DNA of 64,000 nucleotides from the IMG/VR virus record IMGVR_UViG_3300022660_000043. One strand, given 5' to 3'. Made by a program: the position numbers and the translations under genes. This document shows positions 9,073-17,867 of the stretch, one piece after another. The notes beneath the pieces were generated by a model. It did no database searches. It had not been told where the DNA came from and saw only the letters and a program-made list of their open reading frames with translations. Numbering within the stretch: the first letter of the stretch is position 1; the number at the start of each line of letters is the position of its first letter. The DNA comes from a virus (taxonomy: Duplodnaviria > Caudoviricetes).

Positions 9073-9345
9073 AAAACAGATTGTTTTGACTTCCGGTCGC
9101 GGGGTGAAAACATTTTCTTTTGGCTTTGGCCCTAGAATGAAAACACTTTATTTTCAGAAGCCAAAAATGAAAACGCCTTAAAATCGAAAACGATCTTTTT
9201 TCGCCGGCTATGAAAAAATGAAAATAGTCTAAAATCGAAAACATTTCTTTTTCGGTGCATGTAGAAAAAAGAGAAAAAATGAAAACTCCCCATTTTCAAA
9301 ATGATCTGTTTTCACCTTAAGCCAAAAACCAAAATATTTCTTTTT
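9073..9345. repeat. array of eight AAAA-N7-TTTT quasi-palindromic boxes
   Basis: Boxes start at 9073, 9107, 9140, 9187, 9238, 9282, 9298, 9331. Confidence 0.75.
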
Positions 9346-9651
9346 CAGCCTATATTCTAAACCCAGGTCCCTCTCCACCTCATTATTCAGTATATAAAGC
9401 CTCGGAGATGAAGCGCGAGGGCCTGAGGAGGGGCCCGAGCCTCTCTAAGCTACATATAGTAGCCATGGCTCTCTGCTTCACTGTATGCCGCGCCTTGAGG
9501 CCTCTCCTTCTGCCTTCCCCTCCCTCTCGCCCTAAAGCAAAATGAAGTTTTGAGTTCTTGAAACTGCAGAAAAGGCTTCAAATACTCGCTTTTTCCTATA
9601 GCCTAAACTAAGTTTTTTGCAGTTTTTGATTTTGAAAACTTCGTTTTAGAT

Positions 9652-9785
9652 AAAAGAAAAGCCCCGACTATTGCCGGAGCCCTCATAAAAAGAAGAAGCC
9701 CGGGGGGAAGCCCACCTCGGACGCTGCGCCAAAAACTAACCGGCGACTTACGCCGTGCACTTCGGCCAGTTTTTTGCTGTCTTCA
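9652..9785 (-). ncRNA. candidate small structured RNA
   Basis: Variant late motif AGCTAAAATA at 9788-9797; GC-rich stems with GU pairs valid only on the minus strand; ends in hairpin plus U-tract. Confidence 0.35.
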
Positions 9786-9934
9786 TTTATTTTAGCTAAT
9801 ATTTTTTAATAAGTTATTAAACTATTAATTTAATAGCTGGTACCCAGAGCGGGAAGAAAGGAAAAGAGAGAATACGGCTTTGAGGATAAGGCTTTAAGGC
9901 TTTAGTTTCTGGGAAGTACTTTGTATATAAAGAA

Positions 9935-9973
9935 AAAGAACAATACAGGTTTTTGAGGCCGGTATTGTTCTTT
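9935..9973 (-). terminator. intrinsic terminator after the lipoprotein gene
   Basis: AAAGAACAATAC...GTATTGTTCTTT inverted repeat with a minus-strand U-rich tail. Confidence 0.6.
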
Positions 9974-9984
9974 ATAATATTCTT

Positions 9985-10374
9985 TTACTTATTCACATCG
10001 AAGTCAGGAAGTGCAGTATAGAAGTGAACCTTATAGTGGAAGGGATCTGTTGAAGTGCCGGTAATATCTTCTACTACATAAATAACGTATTCATTGAGGT
10101 AGATATAATTCTTTTTATATTCATTTTCACCGGTCTTACAAGTAACTACAAGCTCGTTGGTAGTATTATTAGAAAGACTCATGTATCCTTCCATTTCCAT
10201 AACAATCAGGTCCGTACGTGCGTTGTAGACTGTAATCTTTCTTAGGCATTCAAAGTTATCTGCGGCCTGAGAGAGATTGTGGTTTACATTATCTGCTGCT
10301 GTACAGGAAGCGAGGCTAAAGCAACAGGTTCCGAGGATGATAATACAGAGAATCAATGCAAAAAGTTTTTTCAT
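9985..10374 (-). CDS. phage lipoprotein
   Basis: MKK plus hydrophobic stretch and lipobox LASC; mature part resembles conserved Bacillota-phage lipoproteins. Confidence 0.75.
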   Translation of the reverse strand: MKKLFALILCIIILGTCCFSLASCTAADNVNHNLSQAADNFECLRKITVYNARTDLIVMEMEGYMSLSNNTTNELVVTCKTGENEYKKNYIYLNEYVIYVVEDITGTSTDPFHYKVHFYTALPDFDVNK

Positions 10375-10404
10375 TTTTTAATATCCTTTCATGATTAAGT
10401 ATTT

Positions 10405-10551
10405 TTAAGATAGGGATCTTAAGTTAAGATTTTGGGTATACAGGTTATCGAGATCTAGTCTCATTTGAAGGTATCTGGTCTCTAGATCTTTTTCTGTTTT
10501 ACATTCTTTGAAAATATCGTCTACTAAAGACATGAAGTCGTATCTATCCAT
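10405..10551 (-). CDS. small hypothetical protein (48 aa, not in ORF track)
   Basis: AAGGAG SD, MDRYDFMSLVDDIFKEC... Confidence 0.55.
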   Translation of the reverse strand: MDRYDFMSLVDDIFKECKTEKDLETRYLQMRLDLDNLYTQNLNLRSLS

Positions 10552-10770
10552 TTATTTCTCCTTTATATCTTTTCCGCAGTCTTGAGAGATATATCTACTT
10601 TCGCCTTTAATTACCATGGGTTTTCCTTCATATTCAAGAAGGAGTTGATTTATATCATAGCAGCTTTCGAAGTATATACATTTAGGGCAGAAGTCGAATT
10701 GTATAATAAGAGTGAGGTCAGTCTCTTTGAAGGGTTTGTATTCTACGTTTTGTTTACATTTATTTATCAT
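10552..10770 (-). CDS. small Cys-containing hypothetical protein
   Basis: AGGAG SD, promoter at 10798-10827. Confidence 0.65.
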   Translation of the reverse strand: MINKCKQNVEYKPFKETDLTLIIQFDFCPKCIYFESCYDINQLLLEYEGKPMVIKGESRYISQDCGKDIKEK

Positions 10771-10839
10771 TTATTTTCTCTCCTTTATTTCTATAATATT
10801 ATACATTATAGAGTATCCTAAAATTAAGGTGGGCAAAAG

Positions 10840-10871
10840 AAAAAGCCCAAGGTTTTTAGATCTTGGACTTT
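10840..10871 (-). terminator. intrinsic terminator
   Basis: AAAAGCCCAAG...CTTGGACTTTT hairpin followed by a minus-strand U tract. Confidence 0.55.
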
Positions 10872-10877
10872 TGGTTA

Positions 10878-11393
10878 TTAAATAAAGTCTGATGCTTGAG
10901 CTGAGAGGTGGAGAACTGTACAAGCGTTTATAAAGTTATTTTCTGCTTGATCAATTTCATTGGGATTAAGGTTTAGTAGATTTTGTTTTTTTCTTTTATT
11001 CCATTCTTGGATCATGAGATCTATATCTTGTTGCTGGAACTTAAGGTGTTCAATGAAGTCATCTATATCATCTCCTGCTGCGTCGTCATATAAGCCGATG
11101 AGAATAAATTTATCTATGAAGCCTTTTGGCAATTTAATCCATTCTTCTAAACAGTCTGAACATAATTTATGGCCATTTTGTAAGATATAAGGTTCGCTGA
11201 AAAAATTAGATGTATTCACAATATTTTCCACTACACACCCACAGCCTTCACAAGAATCTTGGTCATCTAGTTGATGAAGCGGCCATCCACCTGTATTGCC
11301 TGTTAAAGTTATTTTTTTCTTATTAGAATCTAGCCATTCAGTGAGGCTACCCCACATAGTTTCATATTCTTTAAACTCTTCATATAATTTCAT
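10878..11393 (-). CDS. Zn-finger-containing protein with putative propeptide; candidate internal head protein
   Basis: MKLYEEFKEYETMWGSLTE leader; CEGC...CSDC; second gene of the late transcript from 12087. Confidence 0.7.
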   Translation of the reverse strand: MKLYEEFKEYETMWGSLTEWLDSNKKKITLTGNTGGWPLHQLDDQDSCEGCGCVVENIVNTSNFFSEPYILQNGHKLCSDCLEEWIKLPKGFIDKFILIGLYDDAAGDDIDDFIEHLKFQQQDIDLMIQEWNKRKKQNLLNLNPNEIDQAENNFINACTVLHLSAQASDFI

Positions 11394-11443
11394 TTTCTTT
11401 TTACTCCGACTAACTGATCCGCCAGCTATTAACAGTAATACTA

Positions 11444-12056
11444 TTAAGCAGGCATTTTACCGTATTCTAATTTACCGTTATCATCCAGATAATATTCATC
11501 GTATTCTGGTTCGCCCTCCTGGATGATATTAATTCCTTTAGCTTTGAGAGAATCTAGAATACTCATGAAATTATTTAATCTGAGGTCATAAGTTTCATCT
11601 TCATTACCTTGTTCGTCATAAGTAGCGTCAGCAATACGATCTCCATCCTTGCTTCTTACTACTGCAATATGTTCCCAGTTGATATGAACAGCTGTAACGT
11701 AATCAGAAACATTTTCTATATTCTTATAAATTCTTTCTTCTGATTCACCGGGAGAATCAAAGTCATCTTCATACTCATCGAATAATTCTAGCTCATATCC
11801 TGCAGCGAGAAGTTTTTCTCTGCTGAATTGAATCCCACAGGGGTAGCCATAGATTTTATAATTTTCATCAGTGGTTAAACAAACAGCCTTTAGATGAACA
11901 TCTGCTTTTAGAGTGTTTTCTGTAAAGATCTGAACTAAGGGTGTTGGGTTAGTCCAATGGTAAAGAATATCTTGATCACTTATAATTCTTTTTGCTTCAT
12001 TAATCTCTGAAAGCTAGCTCATCATATACTTTATTAAAATCTGAATTTAAATTCAT
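11444..12056 (-). pseudogene. ADP-ribosyltransferase-like protein interrupted by a 4-bp (AGCT) duplication
   Basis: AAGGAG SD, MNLNSDFNKVYDEL then frameshift at AGCTAGCT (12012-12019). Removing 4 bp gives a 202-aa ORF with LYHWT...VCLTT...ESEER. Confidence 0.7.
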
Positions 12057-12086
12057 CACTGGTAAATCTCCTTTTTAAGATCTACA

Positions 12087-12096
12087 TAATTTAGCA
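12087..12096 (-). promoter_or_regulatory. putative late promoter TGCTAAATTA
   Basis: Recurrent motif just upstream of the SD of the ART-like gene. Confidence 0.7.
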
Positions 12097-12102
12097 AAAA
12101 GA

Positions 12103-12127
12103 AAAGACCTGAGGTTAATCAGGTCTT
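12103..12127 (-). terminator. intrinsic terminator
   Basis: AAGACCTGA...TCAGGTCTT hairpin followed by a minus-strand U tract. Confidence 0.65.
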
Positions 12128-12132
12128 AAGTT

Positions 12133-12888
12133 TTACCATTTAAGAGTTATTGAATATATATCATGGTCTGGGAACTCCTGGTGGCCAAAGGCCATATCAT
12201 AAGCTTTGAAGCCAAGTGCAATAAAAGCTTCTGCAAATAGCTCTACATAATGTTGAGGAGAACATCCTTTCGGAATAAAGGTAGAATATTCAGCACCTCG
12301 ATTATTACCAAGAGCTATACAAGACCCAGGTTGAGGAGCAAAAAGATACAAAGTAAACTTTCTGGCATTATAGTGGTCATTCATAATTTCTTTGATTGAT
12401 TCAATATGATTTTGAATATCCTCAAGAGTCAATGAACGTTCCGCTTTTTCTATAAGCTTGTCTTTAAAAGTTTTAGGTCGAGCCTGCTTGATATGTTTAA
12501 GCTCGAGTAAACTATTATTTACTACGTTACTGACATAAGTTTGCATCACTAAATCAGGGTCTTCCTTTGTATACCAAGAGAGCACTTGCTCTGTTGCCCA
12601 AAGTACTTGCTGGTCAGGATAGTCATTGATGCCCAAGAAAGTTAAAAAATCTCCTTTTACAATCTCTGTAGACTTATCATTGACTTGAATAGGTGTACCA
12701 TTACTTAGAATATAAGTAATAGCGGAAAGAAGCTTTCTGAAAATATAATCTCTACTTTTAACTTTTCTTAAATCCTCTACCCAATTTTTAAGCAGCTCCA
12801 TTTCCAAATCCATTTTAGTGGGCTCTGACTTTGGAATATTCCCAGCTACATCTAAAGTTTCAGTTTTAAATATTTTTTTAAAATTCAT
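12133..12888 (-). CDS. hypothetical protein
   Basis: Probable start MNFKK at 12888 after GGAG SD. Confidence 0.7.
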   Translation of the reverse strand: MNFKKIFKTETLDVAGNIPKSEPTKMDLEMELLKNWVEDLRKVKSRDYIFRKLLSAITYILSNGTPIQVNDKSTEIVKGDFLTFLGINDYPDQQVLWATEQVLSWYTKEDPDLVMQTYVSNVVNNSLLELKHIKQARPKTFKDKLIEKAERSLTLEDIQNHIESIKEIMNDHYNARKFTLYLFAPQPGSCIALGNNRGAEYSTFIPKGCSPQHYVELFAEAFIALGFKAYDMAFGHQEFPDHDIYSITLKW

Positions 12889-12890
12889 TA

Positions 12891-13052
12891 TTAGTATTCT
12901 CCACAAATATATCTTAGTACGTCAAGTACATCAATTAAGAACTGTCTTTGTGCTGCATGATTGTCATAAAAGTCATCAGCGTACTCTTGCGCTAAATAAG
13001 AAAGTTCACTTTCAATTCTTGTTTTAATATTTCCGTCTCCAAAACTACTCAT
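12891..13052 (-). CDS. small hypothetical protein (53 aa, not in ORF track)
   Basis: AAGGAG SD, TGATG overlap, MSSFGDGNIKTRIESEL... Confidence 0.6.
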   Translation of the reverse strand: MSSFGDGNIKTRIESELSYLAQEYADDFYDNHAAQRQFLIDVLDVLRYICGEY

Positions 13053-13336
13053 CAGTTTTCTCCTTCTTCTAAAATTTCATTGAGGCAAGCATTATAACCA
13101 TCTTCGAATTCCCAAGTATAATCTCGGTCATGAGGCTTTTTCTTTTCTTCTTCTATATTGTAATGCCCCGGCAAAGACTTAAGAGGACACCACTTTTGGC
13201 GAAAGGTATCTGGGTATGGGTAATCGATAGTTCTATTATTTAAACCTCTACAACACATATCATTATAGTGATTCTCAAACAGTGAGCACTCAGAGCAGGA
13301 TTTTATACTATCCAAAATTAAAACTGCTTTACTCAT
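13052..13336 (-). CDS. Cys-rich small phage protein
   Basis: SCSECSL...WCPL...GYNACLNEI pattern common in Bacillota phages. Confidence 0.7.
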   Translation of the reverse strand: MSKAVLILDSIKSCSECSLFENHYNDMCCRGLNNRTIDYPYPDTFRQKWCPLKSLPGHYNIEEEKKKPHDRDYTWEFEDGYNACLNEILEEGEN

Positions 13337-13716
13337 TTATTTTCCTCCAGCCATTTCAGCATATCTTCATAGAGCTTGCCGGTTACATCAAGTCTAGCTC
13401 CCCACCAACCAATAGAGAACCAACCACCGTCTGTAGTACGAACGAAGTAAGAAGGATCTTCTTCATCTTCAAATTCTGTTTTAATGAAGTAGTCAGTCTC
13501 CTTGTCATAAAGCCAGTAGCATTCCTCTACGTTCTTTTTCCAAGATTCAACAAGCCAAGGTTCAGCAATCTCAAAAGGAATGACCTCAAGTACTTTTGTA
13601 ATAGCATGACGACTAGGGCTGATTTTACCGTCGTCAAAGGTGTGATATTCTTTATTTGCTTCTGGTACCATCTGCTTATCATAAGGTGTAAGGTTGATTA
13701 CTGTTACAGTTCCCAT
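13333..13716 (-). CDS. hypothetical protein
   Basis: Probable start MGTV at 13716 after AAGGAG. Confidence 0.7.
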   Translation of the reverse strand: MGTVTVINLTPYDKQMVPEANKEYHTFDDGKISPSRHAITKVLEVIPFEIAEPWLVESWKKNVEECYWLYDKETDYFIKTEFEDEEDPSYFVRTTDGGWFSIGWWGARLDVTGKLYEDMLKWLEENK

Positions 13717-14168
13717 TAGTTTTTCTCCTTTCTCATCTTTGCTCCGCATTCTGAGCAGTATTTACAAGTATCCCAATCCCAATGTCCACAAAGTGAACAA
13801 GTAGAGTCTCCGTCTTTTTCTGAGCACTCTGCTTTAATCCAGGTCCCGGTTCTGGAAGTAATATCAGGAACTTGTTCTCGCGGTAGCTGAGTATAAGAAA
13901 CAAGTTCATCAATAAGTTCCTTCAGGCTTTCAACTCTGTTGCATCCATCATAGTCATGTCCGATAGCCCAGATCAAATGACGACGATTATTGAGATCTGC
14001 AACCTCTTTCTTGAGCTCATCAATATCAGCTTCAACTACTGGAACCTTTTCCAAGTAATCAATCATCTGACAGATAGTATCATTATCGCTCATAGACCAG
14101 GTACGATCCTCCAGAGCTTTATCCAAAGCTTTAAGTGCGGCTTCACGTACAATATATTCTTTAGTCAT
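13716..14168 (-). CDS. hypothetical protein with C-terminal zinc ribbon
   Basis: GTWI...CSLCG...YCSECGAKM. Confidence 0.75.
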   Translation of the reverse strand: MTKEYIVREAALKALDKALEDRTWSMSDNDTICQMIDYLEKVPVVEADIDELKKEVADLNNRRHLIWAIGHDYDGCNRVESLKELIDELVSYTQLPREQVPDITSRTGTWIKAECSEKDGDSTCSLCGHWDWDTCKYCSECGAKMRKEKN

Positions 14169-14171
14169 AGA

Positions 14172-14354
14172 TTACTCCTCCAACAAAGCTTTACTTTGAT
14201 CAAGTTCTTTAAGTATAAGATTAGCCTTCTTTATAGTAGACTGAAGCTGTGGAGATATATACTCTCCCGGTTCACAGGCAGCCACCAAATCTTCTGCTGA
14301 AACAGTCGCTTTTCTTAGAAGCTCTATAAGTTCAGTTAGTGTCTTATCTTCCAT
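14172..14354 (-). CDS. hypothetical protein
   Basis: 60-aa ORF with GAGG SD in operon. Confidence 0.6.
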   Translation of the reverse strand: MEDKTLTELIELLRKATVSAEDLVAACEPGEYISPQLQSTIKKANLILKELDQSKALLEE

Positions 14355-14365
14355 AGTTAGTAACC

Positions 14366-14650
14366 TCAGTTAAATGCTGGCTCATAGTTTCGTGGAAGTA
14401 GCTTACAAGTATATTCTACTTTTCCACACTTTTTGCAGGTTCTACTCCAACGAGCCTTTGTTTCTTCTTTCCAGCCACAGATAACAGAAAAGCAGTCTAC
14501 CCCTTGCCAGCGTTCCTCAAATTCAGGAAGTCTCTGAATCTCTGGGTCATATTTTGCTGTACTCCATTCATGAGCGCAGCCTGCTTGCTCTCTTTTAAGG
14601 TCAGCAAGCTTTGTTTCATATTCATACTTAAGTTGTTCTTCTCTAGTCAT
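14366..14650 (-). CDS. hypothetical Zn-binding protein
   Basis: CAHEW...CKKCG; GGAGG SD. Confidence 0.65.
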   Translation of the reverse strand: MTREEQLKYEYETKLADLKREQAGCAHEWSTAKYDPEIQRLPEFEERWQGVDCFSVICGWKEETKARWSRTCKKCGKVEYTCKLLPRNYEPAFN

Positions 14651-14665
14651 ATTAAATCCTCCCGG

Positions 14666-15085
14666 TTACTGAGTAATACAAATATCATAGGCAGTCCAGT
14701 AGTAAGTTGCTTCACCATTTTCCCATTGTTCTTTGAGCTCATACTGAATAGAGACCTTAGGATCTCCCCAGTCTTCCATCTCAACTGTAGGTGCAAACTT
14801 TCTCCAGAGTCTGAGGACCTCTTCTTGAATCTGCTTATGTTCCTTAGAACCTTTTTTGAAGTGGTTGTCAGGATTCATGAGATGATAACGAGTTTCCTCC
14901 AATGCTTTTTCTGCATCCCAAGCTTTATTAAGAGCTTCACAATAAGCTTCAACCGAATCAAAGTTGTCTCGCTCAATTTCATAGGACTTATGTTCAGGAG
15001 TAAACATTACATTTCTCAAACCCTTGCAGAAATCTTCAAAATAGTTTGTGATATCATTGTCTCCGAAGCTCAGTCTAATAATCAT
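14666..15085 (-). CDS. hypothetical protein
   Basis: GGAGG SD; promoter TTACTT-17-TATAAT at 15115-15143. Confidence 0.7.
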   Translation of the reverse strand: MIIRLSFGDNDITNYFEDFCKGLRNVMFTPEHKSYEIERDNFDSVEAYCEALNKAWDAEKALEETRYHLMNPDNHFKKGSKEHKQIQEEVLRLWRKFAPTVEMEDWGDPKVSIQYELKEQWENGEATYYWTAYDICITQ

Positions 15086-15172
15086 TATAATTCCTCCATA
15101 AAATATTCTATAATATTATACGATATATAAAAAAGAGAAGTAAGACTTTTAATCCAACTTCTCTTTTTATTT

Positions 15173-15415
15173 TTAAATAAATTTATCAGCCGCAGAGTAG
15201 TCTATAGCTTTGCCGCATTCGGGGCAGGTAGTTCTGAACCAACCAACAAACTTTCCTATCTTTGGAAAGCCAATCAAGTCGCCAACTGCACGGTTACAAG
15301 GGTAAGGACACCAGACAACGCCTTTCATGGTGCCTTTTCCGTATAAAGGCTTAACTTCTCCTGTATATTTAGTTAGCTCAGAGAAATCAGTGTAGTCTTT
15401 AAACTCAAGTCTCAT
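15173..15415 (-). CDS. small zinc-ribbon protein
   Basis: CPYPC...CPECG. Confidence 0.65.
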   Translation of the reverse strand: MRLEFKDYTDFSELTKYTGEVKPLYGKGTMKGVVWCPYPCNRAVGDLIGFPKIGKFVGWFRTTCPECGKAIDYSAADKFI

Positions 15416-15845
15416 TTACAGGCTCAACCTCCGACTTCTTGTCAAATAGCATTACCTTATAGGTAGAGAGATCTACAGCAGCCACAAAGCTCTGGAGTTT
15501 ATCTCCGAATACAAAACATTTAGAGACTTCCATGTCTACGAGCATATAAGTGTTCTCATCATCCTTGCGCTTGAATTTCATACCCGGAATAAGATTGCCA
15601 AGAGTTCTAACTCCAGCATGCTCGGGATGAGTATTATAATACTTATTGATGCTATTAAATAGTCTTATATTTTCTCGCTCAAGAGTCTTCATAATTCGAG
15701 AGGCACCGAAGTAAGTACCTCTATAGAGAGTTCCACCTTCATGAGGCCAATCGTCTCCGATAACAAGTTCACCATTTTCGATAAAGGCATAATAACCGTA
15801 GTCTCTTCCTGCTCTGCTTCCTGCAAAAGTATGAGTAATCGACAT
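15405..15845 (-). CDS. hypothetical protein
   Basis: GGGAGG SD; promoter TTAATT-17-TATAAT at 15879-15907. Confidence 0.7.
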   Translation of the reverse strand: MSITHTFAGSRAGRDYGYYAFIENGELVIGDDWPHEGGTLYRGTYFGASRIMKTLERENIRLFNSINKYYNTHPEHAGVRTLGNLIPGMKFKRKDDENTYMLVDMEVSKCFVFGDKLQSFVAAVDLSTYKVMLFDKKSEVEPVNET

Positions 15846-15903
15846 TTTAAAATCCTCCCTAGTTTTTCATTGTATTATATTATACGACTTTTGAAAATAC
15901 AAA

Positions 15904-16194
15904 TTAAGACTTTTGTTGAAATTTGGGACAAGTCTTTTTGCATTCCTCTGTCCACCAAGTAAAATCGAGAGCAGCTTCATTGGCTGAGTTACTCTGGTCT
16001 AGGAGCTCTCTTGCTTTCTGTTTTCCTTTTTCACACTTTTCATAGCAGTAATTACTGTCTATCATTTCCTCTTCTTTCTTTGCAATAAAATAACATCTTC
16101 TGTTATCTAAGCATTTTTTAATATACCACTCTCGTGCCGGTAAGACCATCTGAGCACAAAGGGCGTTGCGACAGTTATCACAGATTTTTTCCAT
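15904..16194 (-). CDS. Cys-rich hypothetical protein
   Basis: Start MEKICDNC after GGAGG. Confidence 0.65.
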   Translation of the reverse strand: MEKICDNCRNALCAQMVLPAREWYIKKCLDNRRCYFIAKKEEEMIDSNYCYEKCEKGKQKARELLDQSNSANEAALDFTWWTEECKKTCPKFQQKS

Positions 16195-16366
16195 TTTCTT
16201 CCTCCAATGTAATATGAGCAAGTGGGAGTAATTGCTTTAAGACCTGAATAATATCATAGCCGGTTAGTAGAGCATCGTCTTCAAAATATTGAGTACCTGT
16301 TTGAGTTCTAAATTCTTTATTTAATCTACGAACTTCTGGAGCAAGAAATTTAAGAAGCTTTTCCAT
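16178..16366 (-). CDS. small hypothetical protein
   Basis: Start MEKLLK after GGAGG. Confidence 0.6.
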   Translation of the reverse strand: MEKLLKFLAPEVRRLNKEFRTQTGTQYFEDDALLTGYDIIQVLKQLLPLAHITLEEENGKNL

Positions 16367-16751
16367 TTTCTTCCTCCTCAAAATAAGCACCACAATTTCG
16401 ACAAAAGTGATCTTCTCTTTCTATTCCGTCGTGACCACAGACACTACAAAAATATTCTAGGACATCAGGTTTGGTATCATACTCGATTTCATCGTGACTC
16501 AGAAGAGCAGGTCTCTTCTTTGCTTTAGGCAGACGATTAATTAAGTACAATGCTATCTCAAGGCCATTAAGCTGTCCTTCATAATAACTATAGGATCCAA
16601 GTGTTTTATCTTTTAACTCATTTCCGAGCCGACAAGTTTCATGTGCAAGAACATGAAGAGTCTCAATAAGACCTGGGAGTTTAAGAACATCCATACATTC
16701 TTTAGTGAGAAGCTCCTTAGCTTTATCTATGGTAATTTCATACTCAGCCAT
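16350..16751 (-). CDS. hypothetical protein with C-terminal zinc ribbon
   Basis: CSVCG...FCRNCGA. Confidence 0.7.
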   Translation of the reverse strand: MAEYEITIDKAKELLTKECMDVLKLPGLIETLHVLAHETCRLGNELKDKTLGSYSYYEGQLNGLEIALYLINRLPKAKKRPALLSHDEIEYDTKPDVLEYFCSVCGHDGIEREDHFCRNCGAYFEEEENGKAS

Positions 16752-16953
16752 TTCTGTGTGCCTCCCTAAATAGTTTAATTTCTTTTAGCTGCTGTAGTTT
16801 AGTGGTGAGATATTCCTCGTCTCTAAGAAGTTCACTACAATATTCACAAAGATATTCTTGCTCAGCTTGGCCATTAACAACAGGACAATCGGGATCATTA
16901 TATTTGCAGCCATGCCATTTACAGCAATGACTTGTGTGTACTCCAATATTCAT
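16744..16953 (-). CDS. Cys/His-rich small phage protein
   Basis: VHTSHCCKWHGCKY.DPDCPV...CEYC. Confidence 0.7.
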   Translation of the reverse strand: MNIGVHTSHCCKWHGCKYNDPDCPVVNGQAEQEYLCEYCSELLRDEEYLTTKLQQLKEIKLFREAHRNG

Positions 16954-17345
16954 TACTTGTCCTCCGCGTTAGTCCAACCACAGGAAAGACAGGAACAAGT
17001 ATCAGTTTCAGGTACCCATTTAATCTTAGTAGCTTCCATACAATTAGGACAGGTGCCAATACGGCCTCTCGGTCCTTTAGGATCTTTGTGCCCTTTAATC
17101 TTGCCAAGCTCTTCTGCAATACGGATAACTTCTTCATAGGTATAGAAACGCTCGTGCGCACCCTCACCCCAACGCTCATTAAGATTCCACCAAGTAACAG
17201 CGAAGCGAGTAGTGCCATAGCAATAAATCTTATCTATATAGTCTCTTACCATAAGATCTGCTTTTTCAAGAGATTCTGCAATACCTACGATCTCTTCATC
17301 ATCGTCATATCTGTTATGGGCTTTTACCATATAAACTTTTGTCAT
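16953..17345 (-). CDS. hypothetical protein with C-terminal zinc ribbon
   Basis: CPNC...CLSCGW; operon context. Confidence 0.65.
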   Translation of the reverse strand: MTKVYMVKAHNRYDDDEEIVGIAESLEKADLMVRDYIDKIYCYGTTRFAVTWWNLNERWGEGAHERFYTYEEVIRIAEELGKIKGHKDPKGPRGRIGTCPNCMEATKIKWVPETDTCSCLSCGWTNAEDK

Positions 17346-17543
17346 TTAATTTACCTTTACCTTTCCGAGCAACATGATATTCATGATTACTACATTCTTA
17401 AAATTATTTCTATCTTTAATTACCTGAAGAATATCGTTAAAGTCCTCCAGAGTAGTAATCTTTCTTTTACGCGTCATTTGTGCACAGCCTTGTCCGCCTT
17501 CATGACAAAAGGCAATAGCATAAAGATACTGTTTCTTTTTCAT
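17346..17543 (-). CDS. hypothetical protein
   Basis: AAGGAGG SD. Confidence 0.65.
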   Translation of the reverse strand: MKKKQYLYAIAFCHEGGQGCAQMTRKRKITTLEDFNDILQVIKDRNNFKNVVIMNIMLLGKVKVN

Positions 17544-17552
17544 ACTTCCTCC

Positions 17553-17867
17553 TTATTTTACACTTACTTCGAAGTTTTCAAGAATTTTAGATTTGGAAAC
17601 ATAAAAATTCGCTACAGAGAGAATATCTTCTTTCTTTCCCTTAAGGATCACTGTTGCTTTAGGTCCGTCCATTTCAGAAATATAACATTTGATAAGTCTT
17701 TTAGTCTGACCTTTTTCTTTAAGCTTTTCATTTACACCTTCGACATATTCGACGATCTTTGCAGCCCAAGGCCCAGGGTTATGATAAGAATAAATACCAA
17801 ATGCAATACCTTTGGCTGATGTGTCCCATTCTTTACGTGCTTCTATAGTGATTTTAACTTTAGCCAT
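17553..17867 (-). CDS. hypothetical protein
   Basis: AGGAGG SD; first gene of a leftward operon. Confidence 0.7.
   Translation of the reverse strand: MAKVKITIEARKEWDTSAKGIAFGIYSYHNPGPWAAKIVEYVEGVNEKLKEKGQTKRLIKCYISEMDGPKATVILKGKKEDILSVANFYVSKSKILENFEVSVK

Larger units (their letters stand above)
8262..9984. other. 1.7-kb non-coding region, candidate replication origin/regulatory locus
   Basis: No ORF of 60 aa or more; AT-rich palindromes, G-tract mirror repeat, convergent promoters, long hairpins, eight AAAA-N7-TTTT boxes. Confidence 0.6.

Noticed and set aside
9073-9345. Possible CRISPR mini-array
   Set aside because: Repeats are short, degenerate and irregularly spaced; no cas genes in the window
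9652-9785. Possible tRNA
   Set aside because: No cloverleaf, TTCGA T-loop or CCA end recognisable; no tRNA seen elsewhere in the window
12012-12025. Alternative reading MMS-TAG-LSEINEAK, implying TAG recoding or readthrough
   Set aside because: Long genes are intact under code 11 with no in-frame TAGs. The SD fits the upstream start at 12056-12059, and the AGCT duplication explains the break more simply.
16919-17218. Same-strand overlapping 99-aa ORF (also 54080-54424, 58276-58563, 61568-61837)
   Set aside because: Alternative frames inside better-supported genes, with no SD
16932-17819. 295-aa plus-strand ORF (also 14504-15130, 13282-13719, 13956-14300)
   Set aside because: Antisense to tightly packed minus-strand genes with good SDs; atypical composition
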